A stretch of 49,148 nucleotides of DNA from a virus (lineage: Duplodnaviria; Caudoviricetes), in IMG/VR virus record IMGVR_UViG_3300044676_005519, positions 1 through 49,148 of that record; one strand, written 5' to 3'. Shown here in pieces: positions 26,654 to 36,755 of the stretch. The position numbers and the translations under genes are program-made. The notes under the pieces are model-generated. The model was given only the letters and a program-made list of their open reading frames with translations, did no database searches and was not told the DNA's origin. Every line of letters starts with the position of its first letter. The stretch's first letter is position 1.

Positions 26654-27429
26654 AAAACACTATTAAAGATGTGCAGGATTTTTGGAATACAAGACCCTGT
26701 AATGTTCGACATTCTAAGAAAGAAGTTGGATCGAAAGAATATTTTGATGAAGTAGAGAAGAAGAAATTCTTTGTCGAACCTCACATCAAGTCATTCTCAA
26801 AGTTCAATGAGTGGAATGGTAAGAAGGTATTGGAAATTGGTTGTGGACTTGCTACCGCAGGCATTAACTTTGCAAGGTATGGTGCTGAGTACACTGGGGT
26901 CGAACTTTCTTCTGAGAGTCTTGAATTGGCTAAGAAAAGGTTTGAAGTTTATGGTCAAACAGGTGATTTTTACGAAGGCAATGCTGAGGAACTTTCATCA
27001 TTTCTTCCTCCTGAGAAGTATCATCTGATCTATTCATGGGGTGTTCTGCACCATACTCCTCACCCTGAGAGAGCTATGGCAGAGATCAGTAAGTATCTTG
27101 CGAAGGATGGTATGTTCAAACTGATGCTGTATTCTTCTGAATCTTGGAAGAACTACATGATCAGTATTGGTCTTGATCAACCTGAGGCACAGTACGGATG
27201 TCCAGTTGCTTACACTTATACTGAGGAAGAGATTCATGATCTTCTAGGTGATTACTTTGACGTAGTTTCGATTGAGAGAGATCACATTTTTCCTTATCAG
27301 ATTGAACCATACAAGAAGGGAGAGTATGTTAAACAACCATGGTTTGAGGCAATGCCCCAAGAAATGTTTGATGTGCTTGAAAAGAAAATTGGTTGGCATC
27401 TGCTGATCACTGCAAAACCAAAATCGTAG
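26650..27429 (+). CDS. class I SAM-dependent methyltransferase
   Basis: VLEIGCGL; IYSWGVLHHTP. Confidence 0.9.
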   Translation: MKNTIKDVQDFWNTRPCNVRHSKKEVGSKEYFDEVEKKKFFVEPHIKSFSKFNEWNGKKVLEIGCGLATAGINFARYGAEYTGVELSSESLELAKKRFEVYGQTGDFYEGNAEELSSFLPPEKYHLIYSWGVLHHTPHPERAMAEISKYLAKDGMFKLMLYSSESWKNYMISIGLDQPEAQYGCPVAYTYTEEEIHDLLGDYFDVVSIERDHIFPYQIEPYKKGEYVKQPWFEAMPQEMFDVLEKKIGWHLLITAKPKS

Positions 27430-27439
27430 GAGTCGTAAA

Positions 27440-28597
27440 ATGAAAATTGGAGTTATTGGGGCTGGTAGACTTGGTATCTGTTTTGCACTCCTTTGTGATG
27501 AAGCAGGATATGATGTTCTTGTCTCTGACATTAGAGAGGACTATGTAAACAGTCTGAACAATAGAGAAATTATTACTAATGAACCAGAGGTCTCTAATCT
27601 TCTGAAGAGAGCAAAGAATTTTAGAGCAACAACTGACAATAGAGAGGTTATTGAAGAGTGTGATTTAATCTACACACTCGTAGCAACTCCTTCTCTACCT
27701 GATGGATCGTACAATGTTTCTTCTGTGTGGGACGTTGTGAAGTGTTTTGAGGGTGTAGAGAAGAAGAAATACTTCGTTGTTGGATGTACAACAAACCCTG
27801 GGGACTGTGATAAGTTTGCGGCAGAACTTCCTAGCAATGTCAAGGTATTTTATAACCCAGAGTTTATTGCTCAGGGATCTATCATCAATGATTTGAGAAC
27901 GGCAGACATGGTTCTGTTGGGTCATGATCTGCAAGATGAAACAATCAATGACATAGTTGCTGACATCAAAAAACTGTATATCAAGATTCAAACAACCAGA
28001 GCAATTGTTTGTACAATGTCAAACACTGCTGCTGAGGTAACTAAGATCGCAACGAATTGTTTCCTGACAACTAAAATCAGTTATGCTAACATGTTGGGTG
28101 ATGTGTTGCGTCAATCTGGATGTGGAGATGAGATTACTTCTGTTCTTGGTGCCATCGGTGCAGACAGTCGGGTTGGTAAGAAATATCTGAACTATGGATA
28201 TGGATATGGTGGTCCTTGTTTGCCAAGGGATAATAGAGCATTTGCTGCCTTTGCAAAAGAATCTGGATTAGAATATAATTTAGGATTTGTTACTGATGAA
28301 ATTAACACACAACATGCAGTGTTCCTTTGTGAGTATTATGAATCTGTAAACACTAGCAACAATCCTTTCTATTTTGACTCGATTGCATATAAGAAAGGAA
28401 CTGATATCCTAACGGAAAGTCAACAACTTAAACTATGCACTGACTTCCTTGATCGTGGTCATAGAGTTTATGTCCGTAATGATCACAAAGCAGTACCACA
28501 AGTTCAAGAAGAACTCTATGTAAAGTATGGAGATAGAGTGAGATTTGTTGACAGTCCAGAGAACATCAAAGAACCCGTATTTATTGTTGAATTATGA
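27440..28597 (+). CDS. UDP-glucose/GDP-mannose 6-dehydrogenase family
   Basis: GAGRLG; VATPS; YNPEF; AEVTKIATN; GYGGPCLPRD; YKKGT. Confidence 0.9.
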   Translation: MKIGVIGAGRLGICFALLCDEAGYDVLVSDIREDYVNSLNNREIITNEPEVSNLLKRAKNFRATTDNREVIEECDLIYTLVATPSLPDGSYNVSSVWDVVKCFEGVEKKKYFVVGCTTNPGDCDKFAAELPSNVKVFYNPEFIAQGSIINDLRTADMVLLGHDLQDETINDIVADIKKLYIKIQTTRAIVCTMSNTAAEVTKIATNCFLTTKISYANMLGDVLRQSGCGDEITSVLGAIGADSRVGKKYLNYGYGYGGPCLPRDNRAFAAFAKESGLEYNLGFVTDEINTQHAVFLCEYYESVNTSNNPFYFDSIAYKKGTDILTESQQLKLCTDFLDRGHRVYVRNDHKAVPQVQEELYVKYGDRVRFVDSPENIKEPVFIVEL

Positions 28598-29697
28598 CTA
28601 GAGAAACAAAAAATCTTTCAATCAAATCTGTTGATGAGATCAAGGGAATCCTTGATACTATTGATACTGAAGAATATTCATTGGTCAACTATGTCTGGAC
28701 AGAGTATGGATTCTATCCAACATACTTCAATGAATTGTTCAGAGAATTTTTTGAGGACGTAAAAGGTCCGATCCTGGGATTTTGTTTTCCTGGTCAAGAA
28801 GTTTTTTATGAAGGTAAAGTAGATATTCTTGTAAGTCTTGAGGGTTTTCTTGATACCACAAAGGCATACTCGGACAATCAAGAAACAGAACTTCTCCTCA
28901 ACAATTTCAAAACAATTGATGATCGTGGAGTTGCATTCTGGTTTACTGTTCGCAACTTTGATGAAGATGCATATGAAGATGCATTCTCTGGATACACCTT
29001 CAGAAACATTATCTTCCCCATTGGTAAGAGACTTCCTTGGGAACTTGGTTGGCCTCCTGGTCCTGGTCATCAATATGCTGATGGTGAAGATGGACCATGG
29101 CGTTTTCCAAGTTGCAAATACTACATCGATAAAGTTCAGTCATATGATTTGAATCTGTGGGATCCTTCTTTCAAACGTGGAGAGGGTTTGGGTATTGGAG
29201 AGTACAATACTTTCTTTGTTAAGAATAGTTTTAAGACTAGAAACTATGGATCTGCTAACATCGATGATTATCTTGTAGGAAAAGATGGAACCTCAGGTGA
29301 TCTTGGATTTGGAAGTGTAGAGTTTGATTTCTATGCCAAAGTAGTTGATTATCATATCAATAACAAAAAAAATCTTGTGGTGATTCATGATCTTGTTAGG
29401 TTCCCTGAAATTGAAAGTGAGTATATTCACTACGTTGACATGAGGGGTAACTTGGATGTAAGATTATTCCTAACGATTGTAGATGACTCTAATAGTTTTA
29501 TTAACACTGGCACAAGTCCTGGTGATCTTGCTGCATATTACTGCAAGACTAACCAAGTTATCATCGGAGATCAAGTGATTCAGAACAGAACTCAGTTTGC
29601 TGATATCATTCTTGGTCGCAATGATAGAAAGGTGTGTCGATTCCGCAAGGAAGATCAGAATTATGATGAGTTGTTTGCATTCCTTTCAGAGAATTGA
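28594..29697 (+). CDS. hypothetical protein in the glycan island
   Basis: 367-aa ORF coupled to its neighbours. Confidence 0.7.
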   Translation: MTRETKNLSIKSVDEIKGILDTIDTEEYSLVNYVWTEYGFYPTYFNELFREFFEDVKGPILGFCFPGQEVFYEGKVDILVSLEGFLDTTKAYSDNQETELLLNNFKTIDDRGVAFWFTVRNFDEDAYEDAFSGYTFRNIIFPIGKRLPWELGWPPGPGHQYADGEDGPWRFPSCKYYIDKVQSYDLNLWDPSFKRGEGLGIGEYNTFFVKNSFKTRNYGSANIDDYLVGKDGTSGDLGFGSVEFDFYAKVVDYHINNKKNLVVIHDLVRFPEIESEYIHYVDMRGNLDVRLFLTIVDDSNSFINTGTSPGDLAAYYCKTNQVIIGDQVIQNRTQFADIILGRNDRKVCRFRKEDQNYDELFAFLSEN

Positions 29698-29700
29698 TTT

Positions 29701-30702
29701 ATGAAGACAGCACTTATTACAGGTATCACAGGTCAAGATGGTTCATATCTTGCTGAGTTTCTCTTAGAGAAGGGATATGAAGTTCACGGAATCATCAGAA
29801 GATCTTCCATGATTAACACTCATAGGATTGACCATATCTTTGGTAAAATCATACTTCACTATGGTGATCTGACCGACTCCACTAACATGGTGAGAGTGAT
29901 TCAGAAAGTTCAACCAGATGAAATCTATAATCTGGGTGCTCAAAGTCATGTAAAAGTGTCTTTTGAAACCCCCGAATACACTGGTATGGTGGATGGTCTT
30001 GGGACACTTCGTGTCCTTGAGGCTGTCCGTCTTTTGGGTCTTGAGCATAAGACCAGAATCTATCAGGCATCTACGTCAGAGATGTTTGGTAAGGTTAGAG
30101 AGATCCCTCAGAAGGAGACTACACCATTTCACCCCAGATCTCCTTATGGTTGTGCTAAAGTATATGCATATTGGACAACAAAGAACTATAGAGAAGCATA
30201 TGGAATGTATGCTTGTAGTGGCATCTTGTTTAATCATGAGTCGCCAAGACGTGGTGAAACTTTTGTGACAAGAAAAATCACCCGTGGTTTGAAGGCAATC
30301 TCTGAAGGAAAGCAAGAAGTTCTGGCACTTGGAAATTTAAATGCAAAACGTGACTGGGGACATGCTAAAGACTTTGTTGAGGCGATGTGGTTGATGCTTC
30401 AGCAGGAGCAGGCAGACGACTATGTAATCGCAACAGAAGAACAGCATACAGTTCGTAAGTTTGTCGAACATGCTGCTCCTTATTTCGGCATGGACATTGT
30501 GTGGGAAGGTGAGGGTGATAATGAAGTTGGTATCGATAACAATACTGGAAAAATTATTGTCAAAGTAAATCCAAAATACTATCGTCCATCTGAAGTTGAT
30601 ACTTTGTTGGGTGATTGTTCAAAGGCAAAGAATGATCTTGGATGGAGTCCAAAGATTACCTTCGATGAGTTAGTTTATGACATGTGTAAAAATGAATCTT
30701 GA
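29701..30702 (+). CDS. gmd: GDP-mannose 4,6-dehydratase
   Basis: [11 protein letters not shown]; [12 protein letters not shown]; QASTSE; SPYGCAK; [17 protein letters not shown]. Confidence 0.97.
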   Translation: MKTALITGITGQDGSYLAEFLLEKGYEVHGIIRRSSMINTHRIDHIFGKIILHYGDLTDSTNMVRVIQKVQPDEIYNLGAQSHVKVSFETPEYTGMVDGLGTLRVLEAVRLLGLEHKTRIYQASTSEMFGKVREIPQKETTPFHPRSPYGCAKVYAYWTTKNYREAYGMYACSGILFNHESPRRGETFVTRKITRGLKAISEGKQEVLALGNLNAKRDWGHAKDFVEAMWLMLQQEQADDYVIATEEQHTVRKFVEHAAPYFGMDIVWEGEGDNEVGIDNNTGKIIVKVNPKYYRPSEVDTLLGDCSKAKNDLGWSPKITFDELVYDMCKNES

Positions 30703-31624
30703 CAGCAAAATTTATGTGGCAGGTCATAATGGTCTGGTTGGATCTGCTCTCGTCCGTGTTCTTCGTGAGAATGGATATCGAAACTTAATATATGCCAAGC
30801 ACAAAGATGTTGATCTCTGCGATGAGCATCAAACTAAGCAGTTTTTTGAACATACAAAACCAGATTATGTTTTTCTTGCTGCTGCTAAATGTGGTGGGAT
30901 AGGTGATACTAAAAATAATCCAGTTCAGTATCTAGAAGATAATCTGAAGATTCAAACAAATGTCATTTCTTCTTGTCATAGTGTCAAGGTAAAGAAAATG
31001 ATTATGTTGGGATCAGCAAGTGTATATCCTGCACAATCTATTCAACCAATCAAAGAAGAATACTTGCTGACTGGTAAATTGGAACCAGTGAATGAGTCCT
31101 ATGGTATGGCAAAAATTCTTGGAACTAAGTTGTGTCAAGCATATAATAAGCAGTATGGCACCAACTTTATCACTGTTAATCCTTGTAATGTCTACGGACC
31201 CAAAGATAATTTTAATCCAACTTCAAGTCATGTTGTTGCAGCATTGCTTCGTAGATTTCATGAAGCAAAAGTATCTGAAAAGGAATTTGTTGAGTGTTGG
31301 GGAACAGGAAATGCAAGAAGAGAACTCATCTATGTTGAAGATCTTGCAAATGCTTTGATTCATCTTATGTCAATTGATGAGACCCCTGATGTTATTAATA
31401 TTGGACCAGGAAAGGACGTTTCGATTAGAGAACTTGTCGCTCACATTGTTGATGTGGTAGGATATGAGGGTGAGATTAGATGGGATGAAACCAAACCAGA
31501 AGGAGTAAAGCAACGTCTTCTTGATGTTTCAAAAATAAATGACCTTGGGTGGTCTGATCAAACCTCTTTGGACCAAGGTCTTTTCCACACATATGAATAC
31601 TTTAAATTAGGAGACAAAAAGTAA
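30692..31624 (+). CDS. fcl: GDP-L-fucose synthase / ColC-like epimerase-reductase
   Basis: AGHNGLVGS; AAAKCGGI; [11 protein letters not shown]; NVYGP.DNF; SHV; WGTGNARRE. Confidence 0.9.
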   Translation: MNLDSKIYVAGHNGLVGSALVRVLRENGYRNLIYAKHKDVDLCDEHQTKQFFEHTKPDYVFLAAAKCGGIGDTKNNPVQYLEDNLKIQTNVISSCHSVKVKKMIMLGSASVYPAQSIQPIKEEYLLTGKLEPVNESYGMAKILGTKLCQAYNKQYGTNFITVNPCNVYGPKDNFNPTSSHVVAALLRRFHEAKVSEKEFVECWGTGNARRELIYVEDLANALIHLMSIDETPDVINIGPGKDVSIRELVAHIVDVVGYEGEIRWDETKPEGVKQRLLDVSKINDLGWSDQTSLDQGLFHTYEYFKLGDKK

Positions 31625-32781
31625 TGTATTGGCCTTTGATGGAGGAGACGATCACTCTGACAGATCGTCTCAAGATGGCAAAGTTTATTTTGACAGCTGG
31701 TCGTCTTACTAATGGACCTAGAGTTCGTAGGTTTGAGAAGGAATGGTCGGAGTGGCTTGGCACAAAAAACTCTCTCTATGTTGGTAACGGAAGTCTTGCA
31801 AACTTTCTTCTGGTTGCTGCAGTAAAAGAATATTACGATCTCAAAGATGGTGATAAAGTTCTTGTTCCTGCAACCACTTGGATGACAAATGTTGCTCCAA
31901 TCATTCAGAATAATCTTGAACCAATCTTTTGCGATATCAATCTGAATAACTATTCCTTCGATAAGGATGAGTTGAAGTATGTTGCAGAACAGCATCCTGA
32001 TATCAAAATGGTGTTCATTACACACCTGATTGGATTGTCATCTGATGTTGAGTATGTGAAAGAGATCTTCCCCGATGCTCTGATTCTAGAAGACGTGTGT
32101 GAATCTCATGGTGTAGAAGGTCCAGATGGTAAGAAACGAGGAACTCATAGCATTGGATCCACCTTTAGTTTCTACTTCGGGCATCACATCACGACCATTG
32201 AAGGTGGAATGATCTGCACTGACAATGAAGAACTTCATGACCTGATGAGAATCAAACGATCTCATGGAATGGCAAGAGAGTCTGATCTTTATTTCCCTCA
32301 GTATGCATCTCAGAACCCTAACATTGATCCTGCTTTCTTGTTTGTAACTGATGGTTATAACTTCCGTAACCATGAAGTATGTGCAGTTCTTGGTTCATCT
32401 CAACTTAAGAAACTGGATAGGAATGTAAAACTCCGTCGAGAGAACTATGATTGGTGGTTAAAAAAAGCACAGGATCACATCTTTAAATACTATCTTCCAG
32501 AATTTCAAAAAGGTAATAGTAGTTTCTCTTTTCCTTTGATTTGTAGGGAAAAGGAGAATGCTCAAAAACTGAAGCAAGTATTCAAAGATGAAGGCATTGA
32601 GTATCGACCAGTGATTAGTGGTAATCTTCTGTATCACCCTGCATTTAAAAAGTACAGTCTCTGCACTCAAAGAGAAACTCCCAATGTCAACATTCTTCAT
32701 GACCATGGACTTTATGTTGGGAACAGTCAGTTTGTCTGCTTTGATAAACTGCAGCACCTTATCCAATTGATGGATATATAA
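31624..32781 (+). CDS. colD: ColD-like PLP-dependent GDP-4-keto-6-deoxymannose 3-dehydratase (DegT fold)
   Basis: EDVCESHG; FSFYFGHHITTIEGG with His at the usual Schiff-base Lys; RSHG; GYNFR. Confidence 0.75.
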   Translation: MYWPLMEETITLTDRLKMAKFILTAGRLTNGPRVRRFEKEWSEWLGTKNSLYVGNGSLANFLLVAAVKEYYDLKDGDKVLVPATTWMTNVAPIIQNNLEPIFCDINLNNYSFDKDELKYVAEQHPDIKMVFITHLIGLSSDVEYVKEIFPDALILEDVCESHGVEGPDGKKRGTHSIGSTFSFYFGHHITTIEGGMICTDNEELHDLMRIKRSHGMARESDLYFPQYASQNPNIDPAFLFVTDGYNFRNHEVCAVLGSSQLKKLDRNVKLRRENYDWWLKKAQDHIFKYYLPEFQKGNSSFSFPLICREKENAQKLKQVFKDEGIEYRPVISGNLLYHPAFKKYSLCTQRETPNVNILHDHGLYVGNSQFVCFDKLQHLIQLMDI

Positions 32782-32799
32782 TTTACTTTTAATGGAATT

Positions 32800-33726
32800 A
32801 TGATTGGATATAATAGACTTGGTATCAATGGTAGATTGGGTAACCAGATGTTTCAGTATGCCTCTCTAAGGGGCATTGCTGCCAAACATGGGTATCAGTG
32901 GTGTATTCCTTCTAGAGATGCTGAGACAAACCATATGGCAGAGTATGTGCTAATGGATGGTTTCAAACTACCACACCTCAAGGAGGAGAACATAGGATAC
33001 GTCCCTGCTGATTGGCAAACGCATGATGAACCTTCACATGATTTCGATCCTGTGTTTTTTGAAAACTGTCCTGATAATATAAACATCGATGGATACAGGC
33101 AATCCACCAAATATTTTCAGCACATTGAAAATGAGATTAGAGAGGACTTTGAATTTGTTGATGAGGTTTACAATCCATGTAAAGAGTTTATCAGTCAATT
33201 TGATAACAATGTAATCGCACTTCATGTGCGTAGAACTGATGCTACTGGTAGACCTGATATGTATCCTGTAGCATCAGTTGGATGGTATGAAAGGATATTA
33301 AAGGAAAACTTTCCTGATGATGTACCAGTCCTTGTGTTTACTGATCAACTCAATTGGGTTCAGGAGCAGCCACTTTTCAAGCAAGATAGATTCCTTATCT
33401 CTGAACAGAGAGAGTATTCTAATTACAAAGTTTTGAATGGTCGTGGTGAAATGGAATATAGTTTGTTGCCTTGGATTGATCTTTGTATGATTAGTTTGTG
33501 CAACGGTTCTATCATTCCAAATAGCACTTTTGGATGGTGGGGATCCTGGTTACAGAAAGATAAGAAGTATGATACTGTCTATCAGTTCCCATACTTTGGC
33601 CCATTCTTTTACAAGATCAATCCTTGCTATAAAGACCTGAAAGATTTTTATCCTGAGCAATGGATAAAAGGACAACTGCCCGATGAACTTGTTGACCCTG
33701 AGTTTAATGCTGTAGAGAAATCATAA
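32800..33726 (+). CDS. GT11 alpha-1,2-fucosyltransferase-like
   Basis: GRLGNQMFQYA; LHVRRTD; NSTFGWWG. Confidence 0.88.
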   Translation: MIGYNRLGINGRLGNQMFQYASLRGIAAKHGYQWCIPSRDAETNHMAEYVLMDGFKLPHLKEENIGYVPADWQTHDEPSHDFDPVFFENCPDNINIDGYRQSTKYFQHIENEIREDFEFVDEVYNPCKEFISQFDNNVIALHVRRTDATGRPDMYPVASVGWYERILKENFPDDVPVLVFTDQLNWVQEQPLFKQDRFLISEQREYSNYKVLNGRGEMEYSLLPWIDLCMISLCNGSIIPNSTFGWWGSWLQKDKKYDTVYQFPYFGPFFYKINPCYKDLKDFYPEQWIKGQLPDELVDPEFNAVEKS

Positions 33727-34532
33727 TGGATCTTACTTTCCTGATTCCAACTAGAATTGAAACAGAAGACCGATTGAGAAATATCATCTCATCGGTCTCT
33801 TATTTGTTGCGACATGTACATGCAAAGGTTATTGTCAAAGAAGTATCTGGCAGGAACACTTTTAAGTTCAGAGCACTTCCTGAGATTAAAAAGTATGCTG
33901 ATACTGAAAACTTAACTTGCCTGTATGAAGAGAGCAATGATCCACTCTTCTGTAAGAGTAAAGTTCTGAATGACTTAATTGTTGCTGCCGATACCAGGGT
34001 TGTTGCTAACTATGATGCAGATTGTATTCTTCCAATTTCATCATACACAGAAGCCTATGAGATGATTAGAGATAATCACTTTGATGTTGTCTATCCTTAT
34101 GGGTGTGGCATTTATCAGTGGAAGGCAGAATATAATATGCAGATCTTCAGTGAATTTGTTCAATCTTGGAGTGGAACTGCTGTCCTAGATAAGAATAAGA
34201 CCATATCTAATTCAACTATTGGATGGTCACAATTTATCGATCGTCAAAAATATATTGACTGTTACATGATGAATGAGAACTTTGTGTCATGGGGATGTGA
34301 GGATGATGAGTTTTACTTCCGTATGAGCACACTGGGTAATCGTATCGGAAGAGTCGATAACTATGTCTATCATCTTGAGCATGGTAGAACACACAACTCC
34401 TGGTTTAGTAATCCAAACTTCAATAACAATTGGCAACTCTGGAATACAATCAAAACGTTTGACAGAGATCAGTTAGTGAACTATTATGAGAACCAGGACT
34501 ATCTTAAAACACGTAGAGAACAACTGAAATGA
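33726..34532 (+). CDS. GT-A glycosyltransferase (GT2/GT7-like)
   Basis: YDADC DxD; NENFVSWGCEDDE. Confidence 0.8.
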   Translation: MDLTFLIPTRIETEDRLRNIISSVSYLLRHVHAKVIVKEVSGRNTFKFRALPEIKKYADTENLTCLYEESNDPLFCKSKVLNDLIVAADTRVVANYDADCILPISSYTEAYEMIRDNHFDVVYPYGCGIYQWKAEYNMQIFSEFVQSWSGTAVLDKNKTISNSTIGWSQFIDRQKYIDCYMMNENFVSWGCEDDEFYFRMSTLGNRIGRVDNYVYHLEHGRTHNSWFSNPNFNNNWQLWNTIKTFDRDQLVNYYENQDYLKTRREQLK

Positions 34533-35329
34533 TTGGATTTAATGCCCTTGGAAGGATGGGTAGACTTGCCAACCAGATGTTCCAGTATGCCTCTCTAAAG
34601 GGCATTGCACGGAACACTGGTGTGGACTTCTGCATTCCCTATTATGAACATGCAGTTGATGATGGCATCGGAAACATGCTGCGTACTGAACTGTTCGACT
34701 CTTTTGATCTTCAAGTTAATGTTGGACTGTTAAATAGGGGACATGCTCCTGTTGTCAATGAAAGGTTCTTTCACTTTGATGAAGAACTTTTTCGTATGTG
34801 TCCAGATCATGTGAGTTTGCAAGGATATTTTCAGACAGAGAAATATTTCAAACATATTGAAGACGAGATTCGTAATGACTTTACGTTCAAGGATGGAATC
34901 CTTGATCCCTGTAAAGAGATGATTGCTGGTGTTGATAATCCAATCGCACTTCATGTTCGTCGTGGTGATTATGTAAAGAACAGTGCTAATCATCCTCCTT
35001 GTTCTCTTGAGTATTATCAAAAAGGACTGGAACAGTTTGATAGTGATCGCAATGTGATTGTCTTCTCTGATGATCCTGAATGGTGCAATGAAAACTTTAC
35101 TGATGACAGGTTCCTGATCTCTGAGAACACTGATAACAGAGTTGATCTTTGTTTGATGTCTCTCTGCAATGACTTTGTTATTGCTAACTCAACTTTCTCT
35201 TGGTGGGGTGCATGGCTCTCTACCAATAAAGATAAGAAAGTTATTGCCCCTCTCCAGTGGTTTGGAACTGGATACACTAAAGACCACAATACTTCAGACT
35301 TGATTCCCGATGGATGGACACGAATTTAG
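34529..35329 (+). CDS. GT11 alpha-1,2-fucosyltransferase-like
   Basis: GRLANQMFQYA; GYFQTEKYF; LHVRRGDY; FSDD; ANSTFSWWGAWL. Confidence 0.92.
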   Translation: MIGFNALGRMGRLANQMFQYASLKGIARNTGVDFCIPYYEHAVDDGIGNMLRTELFDSFDLQVNVGLLNRGHAPVVNERFFHFDEELFRMCPDHVSLQGYFQTEKYFKHIEDEIRNDFTFKDGILDPCKEMIAGVDNPIALHVRRGDYVKNSANHPPCSLEYYQKGLEQFDSDRNVIVFSDDPEWCNENFTDDRFLISENTDNRVDLCLMSLCNDFVIANSTFSWWGAWLSTNKDKKVIAPLQWFGTGYTKDHNTSDLIPDGWTRI

Positions 35330-36149
35330 TAAGATGGACCGTAACAAGTCCGTACACAAACTGAAAGGTCTCCCTGCAATTTATTGGCTCAATTTAGATG
35401 CTGATGAAAATAGACGGTTCTATATGGAGGAACAGTTTAAGCATTGGCAGGTTGAGAACCATATTCGCATTGTTGGATATGATGCAAGAGAGGACGATGT
35501 ATCTGAACATCTGAAAGGAAGGATTCCTGACAACGTAAGTCAGGCAGAATTGGGATGTTGTATGTCTCATATCAAGGCAATTAAACATTTCTATGAACAA
35601 ACTGAAGATGAATATTGCATGATCCTTGAGGATGATGTAGATTTTTCTACCGTTAGATATTGGAATTTTACTTGGCAGGAATTTGTAGGACTGCTTCCTT
35701 ATGATTGGGATTGTATCCAGATGGCTACAATCACAACGGGAGATATTCATGTCAAGTTACATCTAAAATTCATTAATGATTTCTCTGCTGCTGCCTATTT
35801 GATTTCTAGGCATCATGCAGCAAAAATTATTAAGCATCATGTTCGTGGTGATAAGTACAAACTTGATAATGGTGTTCAACCTAGAGCTGTATCTGAAGAT
35901 GTTGTTCTTGAATCTGGTAAGACCTATTCAATCCCACTCTTTTTATACAACTTGCAGTTTGGGTCTACGATACACCAGGAGCACATTGGAGTGTTCCACC
36001 AGGGTCCTCATGCTGCTCTGACCAACTACTGGCAACAGCAAGGTGCTGCAGTTGACATTCGTGAGTGGATGAGTTATGATCCTTATCTTGGTCGGATTGC
36101 CCACAATTCTGCTGCACAACAACAGAGTACGGAAAACCAACCAGGTTGA
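35310..36149 (+). CDS. GT25 glycosyltransferase
   Basis: IYWLNL...RR; ELGCCMSH; ILEDD; AYLIS. Confidence 0.85.
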   Translation: MDGHEFSKMDRNKSVHKLKGLPAIYWLNLDADENRRFYMEEQFKHWQVENHIRIVGYDAREDDVSEHLKGRIPDNVSQAELGCCMSHIKAIKHFYEQTEDEYCMILEDDVDFSTVRYWNFTWQEFVGLLPYDWDCIQMATITTGDIHVKLHLKFINDFSAAAYLISRHHAAKIIKHHVRGDKYKLDNGVQPRAVSEDVVLESGKTYSIPLFLYNLQFGSTIHQEHIGVFHQGPHAALTNYWQQQGAAVDIREWMSYDPYLGRIAHNSAAQQQSTENQPG

Positions 36150-36179
36150 CAGACTTTAAAAAATCTGTTAGTATAAATA
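36146..36179 (+). promoter_or_regulatory. overlapping sigma70 (TTGACA-17-TAGTAT) and late (TATAAATA) promoters
   Basis: -35 at 36146-36151; -10 at 36169-36174; late box at 36172-36179. Confidence 0.7.
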
Positions 36180-36242
36180 CTCAAACGCAACAATGTTACG
36201 TTTTACAACAAACGAAAGCCTCAACTACTCGCAGACGTTTTG

Positions 36243-36271
36243 TTGACACCGCCACCAAAAAGTGGTATTCT
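36243..36271 (+). promoter_or_regulatory. sigma70 promoter TTGACA-17-TATTCT, extended -10
   Basis: -35 at 36243-36248; TG at 36263-36264; -10 at 36266-36271. Confidence 0.75.
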
Positions 36272-36348
36272 ATTCATGCGGTCGATGTCGAACCGACCCA
36301 TCATCTGCGGGTAACCATTCCGCAAGAAAAAATTACGAGGTATCTAAA

Positions 36349-36711
36349 ATGATCAAATCTGTTCTCGCAGCTGCCGCTGCTGCTCCCCTTTTCGCTGGTG
36401 CTGCTTTTGCAGGTCCTTACGTTAATGTAGAGGCAAACTCTGGATTCGTTGGTTCTGACTATGCTGGAACCAACACCGACGCTCACGTAGGTTACGAAGG
36501 TGCTCTGGGCGATGCTGGTTGGTACGTCCAAGCAGGTCCTAGCCTGGTTGCTCCTGACGGTGCTGACACTGAGGTTGAGTTCTCTGGTAAGGCTGGTATC
36601 GGTGCTCCTCTGACCGATGCACTGTCTGTCTACGGTGAAATCTCCTTCCTGACTGCTGACGGTTCTGACACTAACTACGGAACCAAGGCTGGTCTGAAGT
36701 ACAGCTTCTGA
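36349..36711 (+). CDS. small outer-membrane beta-barrel (porin-like) protein, host-like
   Basis: Signal peptide ending AAFA; amphipathic strands; C-terminal GLKYSF; GAGG RBS. Confidence 0.8.
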   Translation: MIKSVLAAAAAAPLFAGAAFAGPYVNVEANSGFVGSDYAGTNTDAHVGYEGALGDAGWYVQAGPSLVAPDGADTEVEFSGKAGIGAPLTDALSVYGEISFLTADGSDTNYGTKAGLKYSF

Positions 36712-36728
36712 TAATCTGTGCTAGAATT

Positions 36729-36755
36729 GAGGGGTCTTAGGACCCCTCTTTTTTT
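36729..36755 (+). terminator. intrinsic terminator
   Basis: GAGGGGTC-TTAG-GACCCCTC-T7. Confidence 0.9.

Noticed and set aside
31624-32781. Perosamine synthase or generic DegT aminotransferase
   Set aside because: The catalytic Lys position is His.
36146-36352. 68-aa ORF starting at TTG 36146
   Set aside because: It coincides with two promoters and RNA hairpins and has no RBS; the TTG is a -35 box.
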